From: Thalia democratica
Lineage: Eukaryota
Length of the DNA stretch: 64,000 nucleotides
Direction: 5' to 3'
Assembly (NCBI GenBank): GCA_965202585.1
Contig: OZ241832.1
Location: forward strand, 56,978,001 to 57,042,000
This document shows positions 25,856 to 41,100 of the stretch, in pieces (positions within the stretch are counted from its first letter, which is position 1; each line of letters opens with the position of its first letter). The notes beneath the pieces were generated by a model. That model was not told the DNA's origin. It was given only the letters and a program-made list of their open reading frames with translations, and ran no database searches. The position numbers and the translations under genes are program-made.

Positions 25856-28800
25856 AACTTCTTCAAACACTTTTTCTGAAATTAATATTAGCAACTACTA
25901 TCTGTAAGTTTATTTGTTGTAAGCTAAATCATCAAAAATATCGGTTTTGTGAAACTCTTGAAAATACTTTTGTTAATGCTAGAAATGTATGCAAACTAAA
26001 TTACCAACCTCTATACATTTTTTATCGAGCAAAATATCTCTTGAAAATTCTGTGTTGAATTTAAAGAAAAAAACAAATCGATAATAAATAAACTCGTGTT
26101 AGAATGATATTAAAAATAAGTCGACTTGCAGAAATTTAACTATTATAATATTATCACAAACTAACAAAACTCATTTAAAGTGTATCTAAATAATCTAACA
26201 TGTTTTTTTTTTGCCAAACCAACAATACAAGGTTAGGTTATCTTTAAATAAAATAAATAGCTTATTTTCCTATTTTAATTAATCAATAATGATCACATGT
26301 TTAGTATACAAGTCGTTCTTAAAGTTAAAAACAGTTTTAAAATTTTTAGAACAAGTTAAACTGTATTAACAAATATCGATTTATTAAAGTATATAGTCTC
26401 TTGAAGTTTAACATTTCATTTCCTCAATTCTCAAAAGAGCTTTACTTGTATAGGTTACAACTTTCTTGAGAAGTTATTAATCCTAGTGTCAACATAGTTA
26501 TTAAGCCTTATGACATTTATACCACCATGCTTCCAGAAGAGCACAAAAAAAGCTTGCCGAAGAAAAAAGGATATTTGTAGAAAAATAAATCCACTAAAAG
26601 TCTGCTTAAAGTTCAAAGACTCCTTATTTGAACTTTATATTATTGCAAGTTCTTATCGAAAAAAATTATTACAAGATTTATTTTTTTTATAACTTTTAAG
26701 AAATGCTGAACTTGCTCAATCAGGAACAATTATAAATTTACTTTGTTACGCAATTATCATGTATCGTAGTTTTTGGACTTTCTACTTTTTATTGTTCAAT
26801 GCTAACTTTTGTATTTACAAAAAGTGCTTTAGAACTAAAACAGTTATTGTTATTAAGAGATTTAAGTAACATTTTATTTATAATACACAGAAGTTTTAAT
26901 ATTAAAAACAAAAAAACTGGAATCTTAAAAGAATAAAAATGTTCAAATTTAATGCTTTAAAATGTGTTTTACAACTGTTTTTGACTGTACTATACTTATT
27001 GTAAATACGTTTTATTTGCTGAATGAAAATACATACAAAGTTGAACTTTTATATAAGAATTATGCACCTTAGTTTTAGCTGTAGATCAAATAACTAAAAG
27101 TAAATAAACAACTGGTACAGAGCTTTAAAGTTTTTTGTTTTAACCTCAAGTTTATTAGTGATTTAAACCAATCACAATTGTCTATTAATTATTTAATATA
27201 GATATATATATATACATATTGAAACATTCTAATTTTAACTAAAAATAATCTAACACTTTAACATCTTCAACTAATTTAATTCAATCTTAACTTTGTCAAT
27301 CATTTTTGAAAGTAAATTATTATTTTCATTAAAAAATGAAACTAACATCTAATCATGTAAAAAAATATCAAAATATAAAACAATCTTAAAAAAAAAATTT
27401 CTTAATATAAACAAAATCAAAGTTATTTTTACGGCACAACCAACTAGCAGCTACACACAAAATTGTAATTAAAAATTATCACGAAAATCCAACACAAATT
27501 TTCGCTATTTGATACTTTTATTTTTGTAATGAAATCACTATGTGATAGCATGACTAATAAAACTATCGATTTTAGCGCAATAAATTAAAGTCCCATGATG
27601 ATATTATTGTTAAAATGCAAACACAAATTTACTTGTATGTATCTCATAAATTAATGAGTGAAATTTATTAAATGTATATAAATCGTTTAGAATTTGTTTA
27701 GATTGAGTGAATTTTTAAACTGTTTAAAGTATTTTTAGTGTATAAAAAATTCATGTGATTAGACTGCATTCTTTGATTTACAGCTTGAAAATTCCGCAAT
27801 TTACTTTAAAAACAATAAAAGTAATAAACGAGTAATAGTTATAAAATAAAACCAGATACCTGTTTTATTGATGTACTGATTTTGTTAGATAAGCTTTTAA
27901 AACATGGTTATCCCTCTAAAATACAAAATTTTTAATAAAAAAAAATTTTGTGGTAAATTATTTTGAAAATCTGAGAAAAGCTTTAACAAACAAAGCTTCA
28001 AGCTTTATGATTGAAATTATCTCGTAAAGGGTTGAGATTAATATATTGTTTTATTTTTCAATTCAAAGTAATTAAAAAGAGTTTGTTAGAGAAAACAAAA
28101 AGAAAAAAAATATTTTTTTTTATTAAAAGTAATTGAAAAGTGTTTGTAATAAAAAACAAAAACAATGAAAAACATTGAAACAAAACACAGATTTAAAAAA
28201 CTTCAAGTATACTGAAAAAGTATAGTCCAAAGTTAATTAAAAATTAAATTAATACGTTTTTAAGAAAAATCAACGCTTAAGCAATACTGCCTACGTGCTT
28301 TACAATTGAAAATCGTTAAAGGTCATAAAACATATTTTACGAAAAAAAACACGGATATCAACATAGCATGTGATTTTGTATTGTCAATTGTAAAATAATC
28401 TGTTATCCAATATTGCAACATTATTGCAAAAGTTGAGTTTTATTTTTTGACAGTTTCAGCTTTCCTTAAAAATTTAAAGACGACATTTACAACTTAATGG
28501 TACCTGTTGCTCAAGAATAACACATGAAATTTAAATGCGTCAGCTGCAGTTCCAAGGTCGCTTCTGATTGGTTAATATCTTATTTATTTTTATTATAAGT
28601 TTTAAGTAATAAAGCTATTTTTCAGATTATTTTTTTACATATTTGGGTAAAGTGGATTAGGGAAAGGGTATTCTTAATATTCTGCTTTTTTATCGCTTTA
28701 TCTTTGCACAATGTTATGAATTTACTGCTCGAATGGAAATGTTTCCAAGTCCTTACAACTGCAGCCGACCCGTTTTAAATATCATTTTAGAAAAACGTTA

Positions 28801-31800
28801 CTAAGTGTCAGTAAGAGCATTTTTCGTGTTTTAAGTTAATTAATGTTTGAATAAAAGCGAAAACAACAAAATATTTAAAAGAGCGTTTTGGAGGTAATCT
28901 AGCAGTAGAAAATGTTAATTTGTTCATTTTGGTTTTTTGGAAACTTTTATTTAGCAGTTCGCGTTCCTCACTAGTTTTGAAATACTTTCAAACATACGTA
29001 AGAAATTATTCTGTAAAAAAAAACTTCATTAAAAATTTAGCAATATTTGTCGTTAATTCTACACTTAGGTGTTAATTTTAATGCAAATAAAAGCTGTTTT
29101 TACATGTCTTATTAACACTTCTACGTAATACTTTATTAAACAATAATATAATAGTGAATTATTAAATATATATTCATCAAAATAAATTCCGTCTAACCCA
29201 TCTGACTTACATATTATTGAAAAATCTGAAACAGTTCTAATTTCAAAGGTAATTTCTGCATCTGTCAAAACGTCTTTTGATGTCAACTTTTTCTTTTCAT
29301 ATGTTTTTCAATTTTTTCAGAAATTTTTCATAATAATAGTTTCATGATTGACAACGAAAAACAAAATACTGACCCCATTTAGTTTCAACAACAAATAGTT
29401 AACAATGTTTTTCCTTGACCTTAAACATAGATACAATATTAAAAACATATGTTGACTTGTTTTTGTTTGTTGCTATAAATGTTTACAACATTTTTTTTAG
29501 TTTAGTTTTTGATAAAAACAAACAATAAATTGATTTTATTTTCGAACTTAACTCACAATCCTATTATTAAAAATGTTTTATTCGGTTAATGGGTTAATCA
29601 AAGTCTAAAAAAATAGTAACTTGATGTCAGTAATTTGTAAACAAGTTTTCAAGTTTTATTTAAAAGTAATAATTTTAATCTTATACTCAGAACAATTTTT
29701 AAGAGTCAGAATAATATTAAAAAAGTAATAAGATTATAAATTACTTAATAGAATTATAATGTACTACTAAATAATTTTCCAAAAAGCATTGATATAAAAG
29801 TAAAATGTACAAACTTTTAAAACATAGTTAAACTGAAACAATAATTTTAAATTTTAATTTTTACATTTTACAAAGTACTTTAGTAGACATAATTGACTTG
29901 TTTTGATAATGCCGTGTAAATGTAACAAAAAATAGTATTGAGATTAATAAAAAACTAACAACTGTTTAAATTATACTTATAATAGCAAAGAGTAATGAAA
30001 ATTTGCAATACTTGAACTTTTTTAATACTAGTTAGACTTTTCCCATAATGTTGCTACGAAACTGCTGTAAACAATACAACATCATTTGATTGAGTAAGTG
30101 TTCAAACTTAACTTATCATTTAAATACTGCATGAAGCAATTTACTGCTGAGTTTTTAAAAAAAAACAAAGCACTGTTTTCAAGCACCAAAACAATTACGT
30201 ACTATTTAAAGGTAGTGCGTATATGAGTTTGGGAAGTTTATAAATAAATCTTTAAATAAAATAATTTAAAAGATTATCTGCATAAAATTTTAATTTAAAT
30301 TATAAGCGAACACTCACAAAGTTTTGAATGCTAGATTTGAAAATATAATTTGAGTATGCACTGTAATTTGAACAGTATAAAACTTTTTAAACTAAATTAG
30401 CTATTAAGTAAACTAGTTAAAAACTTAAAATTTGAAGTGTATGAAATTTCTAATACACTTATTTATTACTGTCAATGAGTTATTACTATTTTTTCCAGCC
30501 AGTTATGCTGATTTAAAAATATACCTTGTTCTTAATATTAGGCAAAATTTAAATCAAAACTGTTTTAATATATTTGAAAATTTGTTTTAAAAAAAAAGTG
30601 CTGTAAACATAATCAGTAAATAAAAAAACTAATTTTCAAATATTCATTTCGACAAAAACATCTTATTCACACTTTCTTAAGCAAAGCAAGAAATCTTTAA
30701 CATTTGCATATAAACTTCATTTGATGCTTTACCGGTTGCACAACCGGTCAAAACTTTTTTTATTTTTGAAGTTTTCTTCTGAAATCACTTTTCAACACCA
30801 TACCAAGCGAGTTTGTTGACTGTCAATTAAAAAAAAAGTACTGGTGGTGTTGATGTATTGATTTTTATGAAACAATTTAAGCGGAGGAAGTTAAACTCAA
30901 CTTTGAATAGACACCTTAATCAAATACGATACAGTTAGTCACGAAATTTATGACTGTTAGTTTTTTTGAATTAATAGACTTTTAGGATTAAAAGAACTCA
31001 AGCATTCTTGAGGAAGTCTAGTTTCAAAATCGGACTTTGGACCATACAAATTTGTCACGATCTTTTTTGGCTGCTAAATTTAAACTTCCTTTGCAGAGTA
31101 GCTTCTAGCAGCCTAAAAACTAAATAGAGAGTTTATCTAGTTCAAATTTAAGATAATATTGAGTTGTTTAGAAAAAACATACAAATCTCAATAAAATACT
31201 TGTTTGGTTAGTCAAGGCTTTTATAAATTAAAAAGATACGTTTATATGTTTAAGCATTGTAAGATAAAGGACAAATTATCCTAAGTCATAACATAAATCA
31301 AAAAAAAAACTTTCAAACGGGTTAGTAATGGTTTTTAAACTAACTAGTACTATAAACTAAGAAGTAAAAAAACTGTATATGTAAAACAAAAAATATACTT
31401 AATTTAAAACAAGAAAATAATAACTCAAAAGCTGAACACAAATTTGCTTAATATATATTTCAGCATTTTTTTCATGATTGATTAGCTTAAAAGCTTTTAC
31501 AAAATAACTTACTTTTTCTGTAACAACTAGGTTTCAAACTAGTTTGAAATAAACTTTTGGAGCATAAAGAGAACTTTTAGAGGAATAACTAAGTTTGTTA
31601 ATAAACAAATATTATTTTATTTTTTTCAAGTTGTCTTAAACTTTATTTTCAAAGTAAAGTCTAGTTCATAATTACGAATTCAAACTAAAAACAGTTCGAA
31701 AAGTGTGTATTTATTATTTACTTTACATCAGAATATTTATTTTTAAACATACAAGTAATAATACTCAGATAAAAACAAGCTTATAGTTCTCTACTGAAGA

Positions 31801-34800
31801 CTAAACTTTGTTTGTGTTTTGACACAGAGTGCTTCAAAATAAAACAAAGCTGTATGACGATGACTTATAATTCTTAAATGTGTTTTTCCATATAATTAAT
31901 ATAAACTTATATTTCATTTTAAAGACTAATGTATTTTTCTATTCACGCAACAGAAATTGTGCATAGTATCCAGCTTCAATAACTTTGGCTTTCGATCAAT
32001 TTCAGTTTATCAATTATGTTTTCGTTTTCACTTGAACGTGATTGTAGCAAGATTTCTTGAAAATATGTTAACGCTTTGGTCGATTTTTGAGACGAACTTT
32101 CAAATATCAATAACGCAAGAATCGCCTCACAAGTAGTAACTACTGTTGGTGTTTAAAAAATTTCTTCTTAATATTAAAGCGTATTTGTTATGTAACTAAC
32201 TTTTAGATTTCTCAACTGATGAACATTTAGTTATTTAAAAAAAGCGACAAAAACAGTTAGCATATAACTGAAACTGTAAAGTTTTTTGATATAAAATAAA
32301 CACTACATCAACTTCAAAGAATTTTATTAACAAATTATGAATTTAATTTAAGTTGACAAATATAAAATTACAGTTTTTACTGCTTAATTTCTAACTTTCT
32401 TCTACGTTTTTATTTGAAATACTTAAAAAAATCTGAGAAAAAAAATTTCAACTACTTTTAATCATATTAGTTTATTGATGCTTATTTTTTCAATAACTCA
32501 AAAAAAACTTACATTAATTTGTTCGAAAACAAATTACTTTTCAAAAAACAAATATAAAAACTTTTACCAAAATTGTATTGTAAATCGTAAAACCTAACTA
32601 CTTAAAAACTGTCAAACTCAATTAATTTTTTATTAAACAGTACTTGTAAAACATAAAAATGAAATAAATAACCTGCTTTGATGAGAAAACTATCTTATAA
32701 TATTAGGCTAAACAAAAATGATAAAAAACTACGAATATTTTCAACGTATATGCTCATGAAGTTGTTCCGCAAAGTGTTAGCTTAATGAGACATAAGCTAT
32801 TAAAAACACAGTACAGTCCGTTTATAGCGATAAGATATTTAAAAACTTTTAATTTTTTTACGCTTTAAATGTACTTTGTAGTATAATTGTTTACCATCGT
32901 AAAGGTAAGACGTCATGAATGAATTAGAGAGTTTAGTATTCTTTTAAAATGCGTAAATAATTTATTTATTTTTTGCATATCGGTAGTTTGTTCTAAAAAT
33001 GATAAATATTCAGTTTTTAATTTAAAAGCTTTTTAGTAAGTTATGGTGCAAGTAAATAGTTTTAAACAAATATTCAATCAACGTTGTTTTAGTCTTGAAA
33101 GGTTTTAGACTTTTTTTAATTGGCAAGCACTTTTAAAAAGTGGATAAACTCAAAAATTAAACTAAAGCATTGAGTTCTTCTGAGCTTGGAAAAGTGTTAT
33201 GAATAGGTTTAATGCTCAAAGAAATCAATTGATGTTAAAACTTAAATACACTTTTATTTTTTTCTGATTATTTTAAAACTTTAAAGACGTCTACTAGGTA
33301 CCGACAAACTGACTTTCGGTTAAGTACACTTGTTTAAGTGGAAAATATAAACTAAAACATGAAACTTAAATTATGGTTTTAAAGCTCTCACAATGCTAAA
33401 GTTGTAAATCTATAAACCTTGTTATGTGACGCAGAAAATGCAAAATAATTTTTGAGTTTTTGTTGATGTCAAACAAATCTATTAGTTAACACGAAAATAA
33501 TATATAAACACAAATTTGAAATTTTATAGGTAGTAATCTATAGATTTGCACGCTTAATCATTGATACTAAAATATAACTTGTTTTACAAAATTCAAACTT
33601 GAAATACTAAAAAAATAAGTACTTAAGTTTTACCTTATAACTGAATGCTTTTCTCATTTGTTTAAGGTTTTCATTGAAAATACTTAAAAGTTCTCCAAAA
33701 ATAAATTAATTTAAATATATTAGATGTAATAAAATGGTTTAAACACCCAAGCAAGAAAGCTACAAATAATTTTTACACAGTTAAACCATGTATATATATT
33801 TATATAATTTATTACGATATTAAGTAATTTTTAACAACCTTATATAAGCAGCAACATTAAAACTTTATTGTTTTATTACACAAAAACCCCAAAACAATTA
33901 GAAATAAGCAGCAGGTATCATACAATGCTATTTATCTTATGCAAATGTTATATAATTTAGATAAAACCATTTCACATACGCATCAATATAATTAGGTAAT
34001 CGTATACTAAAATGCTTTTTATCAAATTATTAATTGCACAAAGTATTTGTACTGTTTTTGAGCATTAATCATATTTGACATTTATTTTTACTTATGTAAA
34101 AGTTTTTCTTGATGATTTATCTAAAGTCTTTACTGAACTGTCGAAAATAAGCTTGTTTTTTGTTTAAAGTGAATTCAGAAAAAATAGTGTTTGTCTAATC
34201 AAAATATTTACTTTTGTTTGAAAAACTTACTGGAACAAAAGTCACACTTTGTAAACTTTAACTGAGATTTTTTAAGTCGTGAAAAGTTCATTTATTTAAA
34301 AAATCACTGTTTGTTACTGTTTGGTATTGTGTTAATATTATTATTTGCTTCAGCTTGGTTTGTTATGACAAGTAATGAAAAGATACTAAAATTGAATAGA
34401 ATTTCTATTGCTGATAAAAGTAAAAAATAAAATACGCTAAAATTTGTAGAAATTTAGTTATGACTGAACTTTATAGAATTAGTATTTCATAATAACCATA
34501 AGTAACATATTTAAAGACGTTTAGTTTAAAAACTAATTAATCAAAAACAAACTTGTAAAAATTTTCTTTACTTGAGTTCGTACATTATACTGACTAAAGT
34601 TTGACAAACTCACATCAAATACTTGATAATAAATTTTTTAAACTGTGTAGTTTTAAGTTTAAACTTATTTTTTAATAAATTTTTATAAGTAAAATTTTAG
34701 TTAATGACTTTTTAACTTACATGAAAAGTAAATGATACTTTCCATATAATTAAAAATAAATTTAAACATAGTTATTTTCTTGTTGAGCTTTAACAAGATG

Positions 34801-36490
34801 TTAATAATTACACATACTGTAAAAAATAATATGCTACTCAATGTTAAAAAACATCAAGCTAAATTTTGAAAACAAAAAAAGTATGGTTTTTTTTTGCTCA
34901 AACTATAATTTTATTAAAGGCATAAATTTTAGATCCATTTATGTACGTTTATACATGAATTAAGTAGTTAAAAAAGAAAATGTTTTATTTAAATTAAAGT
35001 CTAATAAATAAGTTCACGTAAAACTTAGGTAAAAAATAATATATATTAAATTCGCGTAGTTTTTGATTTTATTTTTAATTAGATTCAAAAATTATAAATT
35101 TATTTATTTACTTTTAACTACATGTTCTTGCGTCATGTGTTAGAAAATATAATTTTTTTATGAAGCAATTATATTATTAAATACGTAGATTAAAAAATTT
35201 TTGTTTTGATATCACTCAACTTTAAACTCAAATAAGTTCAAAGATGCACAAAAATGTTATCATTCCAATTTTTTAAAACTCTAAAGAAAGCCAACTTAAG
35301 TTTTTTACTAAAGTTAAAAACACAATCGTTTTACTTTAGTTAAAAATAAACTGATTTAAATAGTAGTGTATAATACTAGTAAAAAATATCACTGCTAACA
35401 AAGTTGTATTTAAGTTAGACTTTATAAAACTTAAACTAAACTTAAAGCTAATTTTTAGTTAAAAACAAACGATACATATTCGAGCCTCAAAACAAATATA
35501 ACTAAATGAGTTTACTGGTTACACTATAAATTTTACAGTCTTATCAGAATTAGTCTTTATTTAGAAATAAATCAATTTTCAAATTTTTGTTTAATTTAAA
35601 GTTTACTTTAAACTAATATAATTTTGTTAGGTTTTATTAATCTAAAGTGCACGATTGCAACATATCAAAACTAAAACAATTTTGAGTGTTTATAGAAAAG
35701 TGAGACAGGATTTAAAAATGTCAATTACATTTTTTTCGCTGTAAAATCGAAGTATTTTTAAAGAAATTTAAAGCAAGCAGGGGTTTTTAAAGATGTTTAA
35801 AACGAGTAAGACTTTTAAACAAATTTGAATTATAAAAAAATCGTACACTTTTTAGATCTTGACAATTTTAACTTAGATTTAATTTGTAATTTTACGACAA
35901 TTATGCTTTTATTGAACTTTGTGTCAATTCAATAACAAAATTATGCTTTTCACCCTGATACTTGCCATAACAAGTGCTGCTTGTGGTAGCGGACTTGATG
36001 ACATTCGTTTATAAGTAAACTAAATTGTGTTTTTGTTCGTCAGAAAATTTTTTGACATTTCAATATCTTATTTTAATAAATAAAAATAATCAAAGCATCT
36101 TTCATCATGCTACATTATCATTTTGTTTATGTAGTAGTTGTTATTTTCTTAAACAAAACGTTAAACTGTAACCAATAAAGATACAAGTCGATAGCCGAAA
36201 GTTTCTTATGTACACCAGGTCCCATAAACAACTATTTTATTTCTTTTTTTGGTCGTTTATAAACAATATTTTAAAAAAAGGTGACAATAGACAATAAGAT
36301 ATACAAAAACAACTTAACTGTGTTAAATGTTTGAACTTTTTTATTGATTCTATACATTTGTATAAAAAGTACTTTTAAAAAAGTAAATTCGTGAAGATCA
36401 ACTAAAAATCCTCAACTTAATTTATTAATTAATTTAAAACTGCAACAACTGCTTAAAATAACTTTAATTCGACAACTAGCTAAATAAACC

Positions 36491-36735
36491 TAAATTGCGA
36501 GGGCAATAAAAGTTAAATAGTAATACACCGCTTTTATGTACAAAAATTAATAAACATTTTAACACAAAAAAAAATAAAATCACAAAAAATTAATTTTTTC
36601 TTACATTTGAAATCAAAAATGAATCCCATAACAAAAAAAATTGGTGCAGTCAATCAATTAAATTGCTAGGGGAACAAAAAAATAGGAATACACTGCTTTT
36701 ATGTACCAAAAATTTAAGTAAAGTTTTAACACTAA
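36491..36735. repeat. Two degenerate direct repeats ~168 bp apart in the spacer between units 2 and 3
   Basis: TAAATTGC.AGGG...AATACAC.GCTTTTATGTAC.AAAA...TTTTAACAC starts at 36491 and again at 36659. Confidence 0.6.
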
Positions 36736-38174
36736 TCTCAAAACAAAATTTGAAATATAGGAAACTAGATTTATACTAGGGGTAGGGAGGAACTCTAACT
36801 AGTACAGACATTTTTTGGTCATATTATAAAATTCATATGAGTTTTTATGATTTGGATGTGTTTTTGCTTCACTAGGAAGAATCTTAAAAGGATTAAAATA
36901 TTTGAAAAAAAAAAGTATGCCGCCCAAAAAAACTAATTTCAAACCCAAAAATCACATATCTTTCGATTTTTTGACTTAAACAGTAGACTTATAATTTATA
37001 CCTTAAGTGAAAGTTTATATTTTTTGATATAGATTTAAAGGCATATTACCTGCTTTGGATATATTATGACGTCATAATCTCCCTAAATGGGCAAGTTTTG
37101 TCTGGAAAATTGTGCTTTTTGGAAAATTAAAAAGCATAGCTTGTTAGGAATTTTAATAAAACAATTTATCGTATACTTACTTACCTAAAAATATTAAGAT
37201 GATGTGATATGTATATTAGCGGAATATTTGCTTTCAAGTTCACTTAGCCTTAAGTGTTTAAAAAACCTTATATAATTTATCAATTAGCATTACAACAAAT
37301 TAACGAAGTATTAAATAGTCATGATTTAATTATTGGCAACATAATGTTGTATGGCATTAAAAATTAAGTTAATGATTGCAAAATAAAGTACATTGCAAAA
37401 TAAAACGAACATTGTACTATATCATTTAGTATTAATACTTGATACTTTATTTTTAAGAAAGATATAATAAATTTAGATTTACTATAGCAAATGTATTAAA
37501 AATTTTTAAAGTTAATCTGTTAAAAAAACATTATTAGTTTACAGCCATTCAAACGAACTTTCATAACACACTAGTATTTTATTTTTATTTTTTACACAGT
37601 GTTTATGCTATTTTGCATATAAATTACTGAAACGTGAAAAGGCAAAAAATACAATAGCGCGACAGAGGTAAAATAAAATAATGTATCAGTATAACAGAAA
37701 ATTTTTAAATATTTATATAAAATAATTTAAGTTTCAACTCGTAAAATTATTTTTTAGCTAAACCATGTAATTGGTTAATACAAACTTTAAAACTAAACAT
37801 ATAGTTATTAAATGAAAATTAAAAACAAGACAACAAAACTTTTAGAAATTTTAAATAAAATACTAAAGTTAGATCAGTAAACTTTTAAAAATAAACTTTT
37901 ATTAAAAGTCAATTTGACCTTTTATAACGTTTACAGACAATATTTTAAACCAAAATGGTAATACTAGCGTTTTTCACAATTTTTAAGTTCATTAGAGTAA
38001 ACAAACCACATTAAACAAAGCAAAAAATTTCTCAGTCTGTGAATATTACCATTGCAACACTAAATTTCAAACTTAAAACTTCTTAAGATAGTGAATTTTA
38101 GCTTAAACCAGCAAAATCAGTTAAAAGCACGTTTTTTCAACTGGCACTTTCTTTCCACATCGATGTACAACCTT

Positions 38175-41100
38175 TCATTTTACTTTGACAAAATCTGAAA
38201 AGTATTACTTTTCTTTAAAAATTGGTTAATATTTTGTAATAAGGTACTCTTTAGAAAACTAGTGGGTAAAAGACCTTTTTAAATAATGAATAAAAACCTG
38301 CTTAAGACAGAAAATATTTTTGAAATTTATACTTAAAAAACTTAAGGTCAATAGAAATGTCTTATAAATACTGTAAGTTAAACCATTATAACTGTTAATA
38401 AATTTAATGTGTTATAACTTTTTTTAATGTATCATAAAGCTAACTAGTAAACTAATTCTTTTAAAGTTAAGTTTTAAACCTGAAACAAAAAAAAAAAGAA
38501 TAATACAACATATCATACAACTTATTTTCGTTTATAAATTTTCAACACACGCAAAACATTAAAAGCGTTCTTTTAAAAATCATCAATTTAAGTTTCATTA
38601 ACAGATTTTCATTATACAAAAATATAATAATTTGTAAATGTGTATTGTTGAAGAGAATTAAAAAATCTTTCTAGATAATGAATAAAAGCTTATTAAAGTA
38701 ACAAACACTTTTAACATATATAACAAAAAAAGCTTTAGGTCGTTTAAAAATGTTTTACTTTTAATTGAAATTTATACCAACAAAACTATTAGTAAATTTA
38801 AATTGCTTATAATTTTTATTTTATTGTATAGTAAAGCTAACAAGAAAATTTATTCTGTCAAGTTTAAATTTTCAAACTGACTCACAAAACATCTAAAAAG
38901 TTACAACAAAAGTAAAACAACTTGTTTCAACTAAAACACACAATTCAACTCACCACAGCCGACGAACACGATGTTCTCCAACGACACGTTTTCCGGGTAT
39001 CCCCCGTACTCGGAACTGGCGAACTCGAGCACGAAGGGAACTCCGTCATCGACCAGATTCAGCTCCACCTCCACCGTTCCGCTCCGTCGCGTTTTCCACA
39101 AAATCTTCTTGTTCGACATTCGCTCGTTCGGTGTTCGGCCGTACTTCTGCTCCAAGCGGATCGTCGCAACGCCACGAATAAGGTTCTGTGATTGGTTGGT
39201 TGTTTACTTTGGCTTCTTTTTGAATAATATTTTACATTCAACTTAGGTTCTCGTTTGGTTTATTTTAAACGAGTGAAACATTGTTTTGGTAACAAAATTA
39301 AAACTATTAAGTTTTACTTTGGTATTTAAATTTATAAGTTGTTTTTATTGTGATTACTGTCAAATAGACTTTCTACACATTGCTCTAGTGTGTTAAATTA
39401 CTATTATATTCTATAATACAGTTTAATGTAAAGCAACTACATATTAGTTTTAAATAATTCAGTTCAGAAAAGCTAACAAACGTTTTTTGCTACAAATTGA
39501 ACTATCTGCAAAGACTTTGCATTTAAAAAATTGTGCTTTTTAGTCGAAAAAAAAATTATAATTAAATATAAAAATACTTACATTATTCGTGAATTTGAAT
39601 GTAACTTTGCACGAGCAATTTTTGGTTGATTTCAAAAGTCCAGTGCTCAGGGCTGAAGGTGAACGTGTGCTAACTTCTAATTGCCAACTTTCTTCTGAAA
39701 AAATAAACAGTCTGTAAATTTCAGTTTCTTCGATTGTTAGGAAATAAACTGTTTTATACAGTTCATAAAAGAAGCGTGAAAAAAAACAAAATTTTATAAC
39801 AACAAAACTAGAGTTACTAAACTTAATATCTGTTTAATTTTTAATATTTATTAAAAATTACATTTAATTTACGTAAATCATCAAAAAAATATGTGACTAA
39901 CAGCTTGAGAAATGTGCAAATCATTAGCATAATGTAGCAAATCATTTACATGTTTGATGAGTTGGCAACTTTCTTAATGCTTTTTTATTATTTATACCCT
40001 TATCCCTAACCCACTATACAAATCATATTGGAAATAAGTCAAAGAATAAAATTTGGTGGTCAATATTAGAAATAACATACATAAAAAGCTTTTTTTGCTG
40101 ACTAGGCAAATACGATTTGCCACATCGTGTCAATGATTTGCATAATTCTCAAGTCACCCACTCCAAAATATGATCAAAGTTAAAGTTCAAAATTTGTAAG
40201 AAAAATAAGTTTTAGTAAAAATATGTTATGTAGTTTGAAAACAAAAATATACTTTATTTATAAAAAGGCCAAACTTCGACTGTCTTTCTTTCAATATATA
40301 TATATAGTAGAAGTTTTAGGATAATGAATTTTTACAGACAAACTTTCCAAAGTTTTTTTATCTATATTTTTAATTCAATAAAAAAATACTGGATTAGTTC
40401 TTGTTAGTTAAATACAACGAAGCAATTAAAAAATATTTCCAAAATTCACATTAACGAAATGAATGCAACAACTTAAATCTTGAGATAAATACTTCACTCT
40501 CCACTAAACACGAGTATAATAAACTTTTACCTTCGTTGCTCGTCTTCTCCCACCTATCAGGAGCGTTCTCGTTTGCGTTTGAAAAAGAATGTTTGACGCT
40601 TCTCGCGGAATCTAAATATATTTCACTTAAGTTTAAAAAAAAAACAGTTCTATAAAAAGAAAATAAAATGAAGTTGACGTAAGATACTTCACTTTCAAGA
40701 AACGTTGAATAAATTTAGTTGTTGTACTCAACATATCAATTCAAAATTTTTAATTTTATTTACATAACAATGTTTCTCACGCTTGAACCAAATCAAACGA
40801 GATTATTAGTTTATTAAAATCTGAAAAAAATTTACAAAAACATGCAAGAAGACATTACGCTAAACTTGAAATAAAATACAAAAAAAAAACAAATAAAACT
40901 TCTAGTTTAAAGCTATAAACTTCGGATAATCATAATGTCTTTAGGTTGGTTTATGTTATTTTTTGAAAAATACTCAACATATCAACAAACTTATAAATAC
41001 TTAAAATAAAAGTAAATTTTATCATCATACGTAGTTCTTTTTTTTAAATACTATAAGCTGCACACAAATTATCCTGAACTATATACAGTAACCTCTCACT

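Larger units (their letters stand above)
18826..36077. repeat. Segmental duplication unit 2
   Basis: Colinear with unit 1 (ATG offset 19757). Lacks the equivalent of ~16385-18645. Left end matches ~37035-37080 (TATTATGACGTCAT); right-end similarity fades near 36077. Confidence 0.88.
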
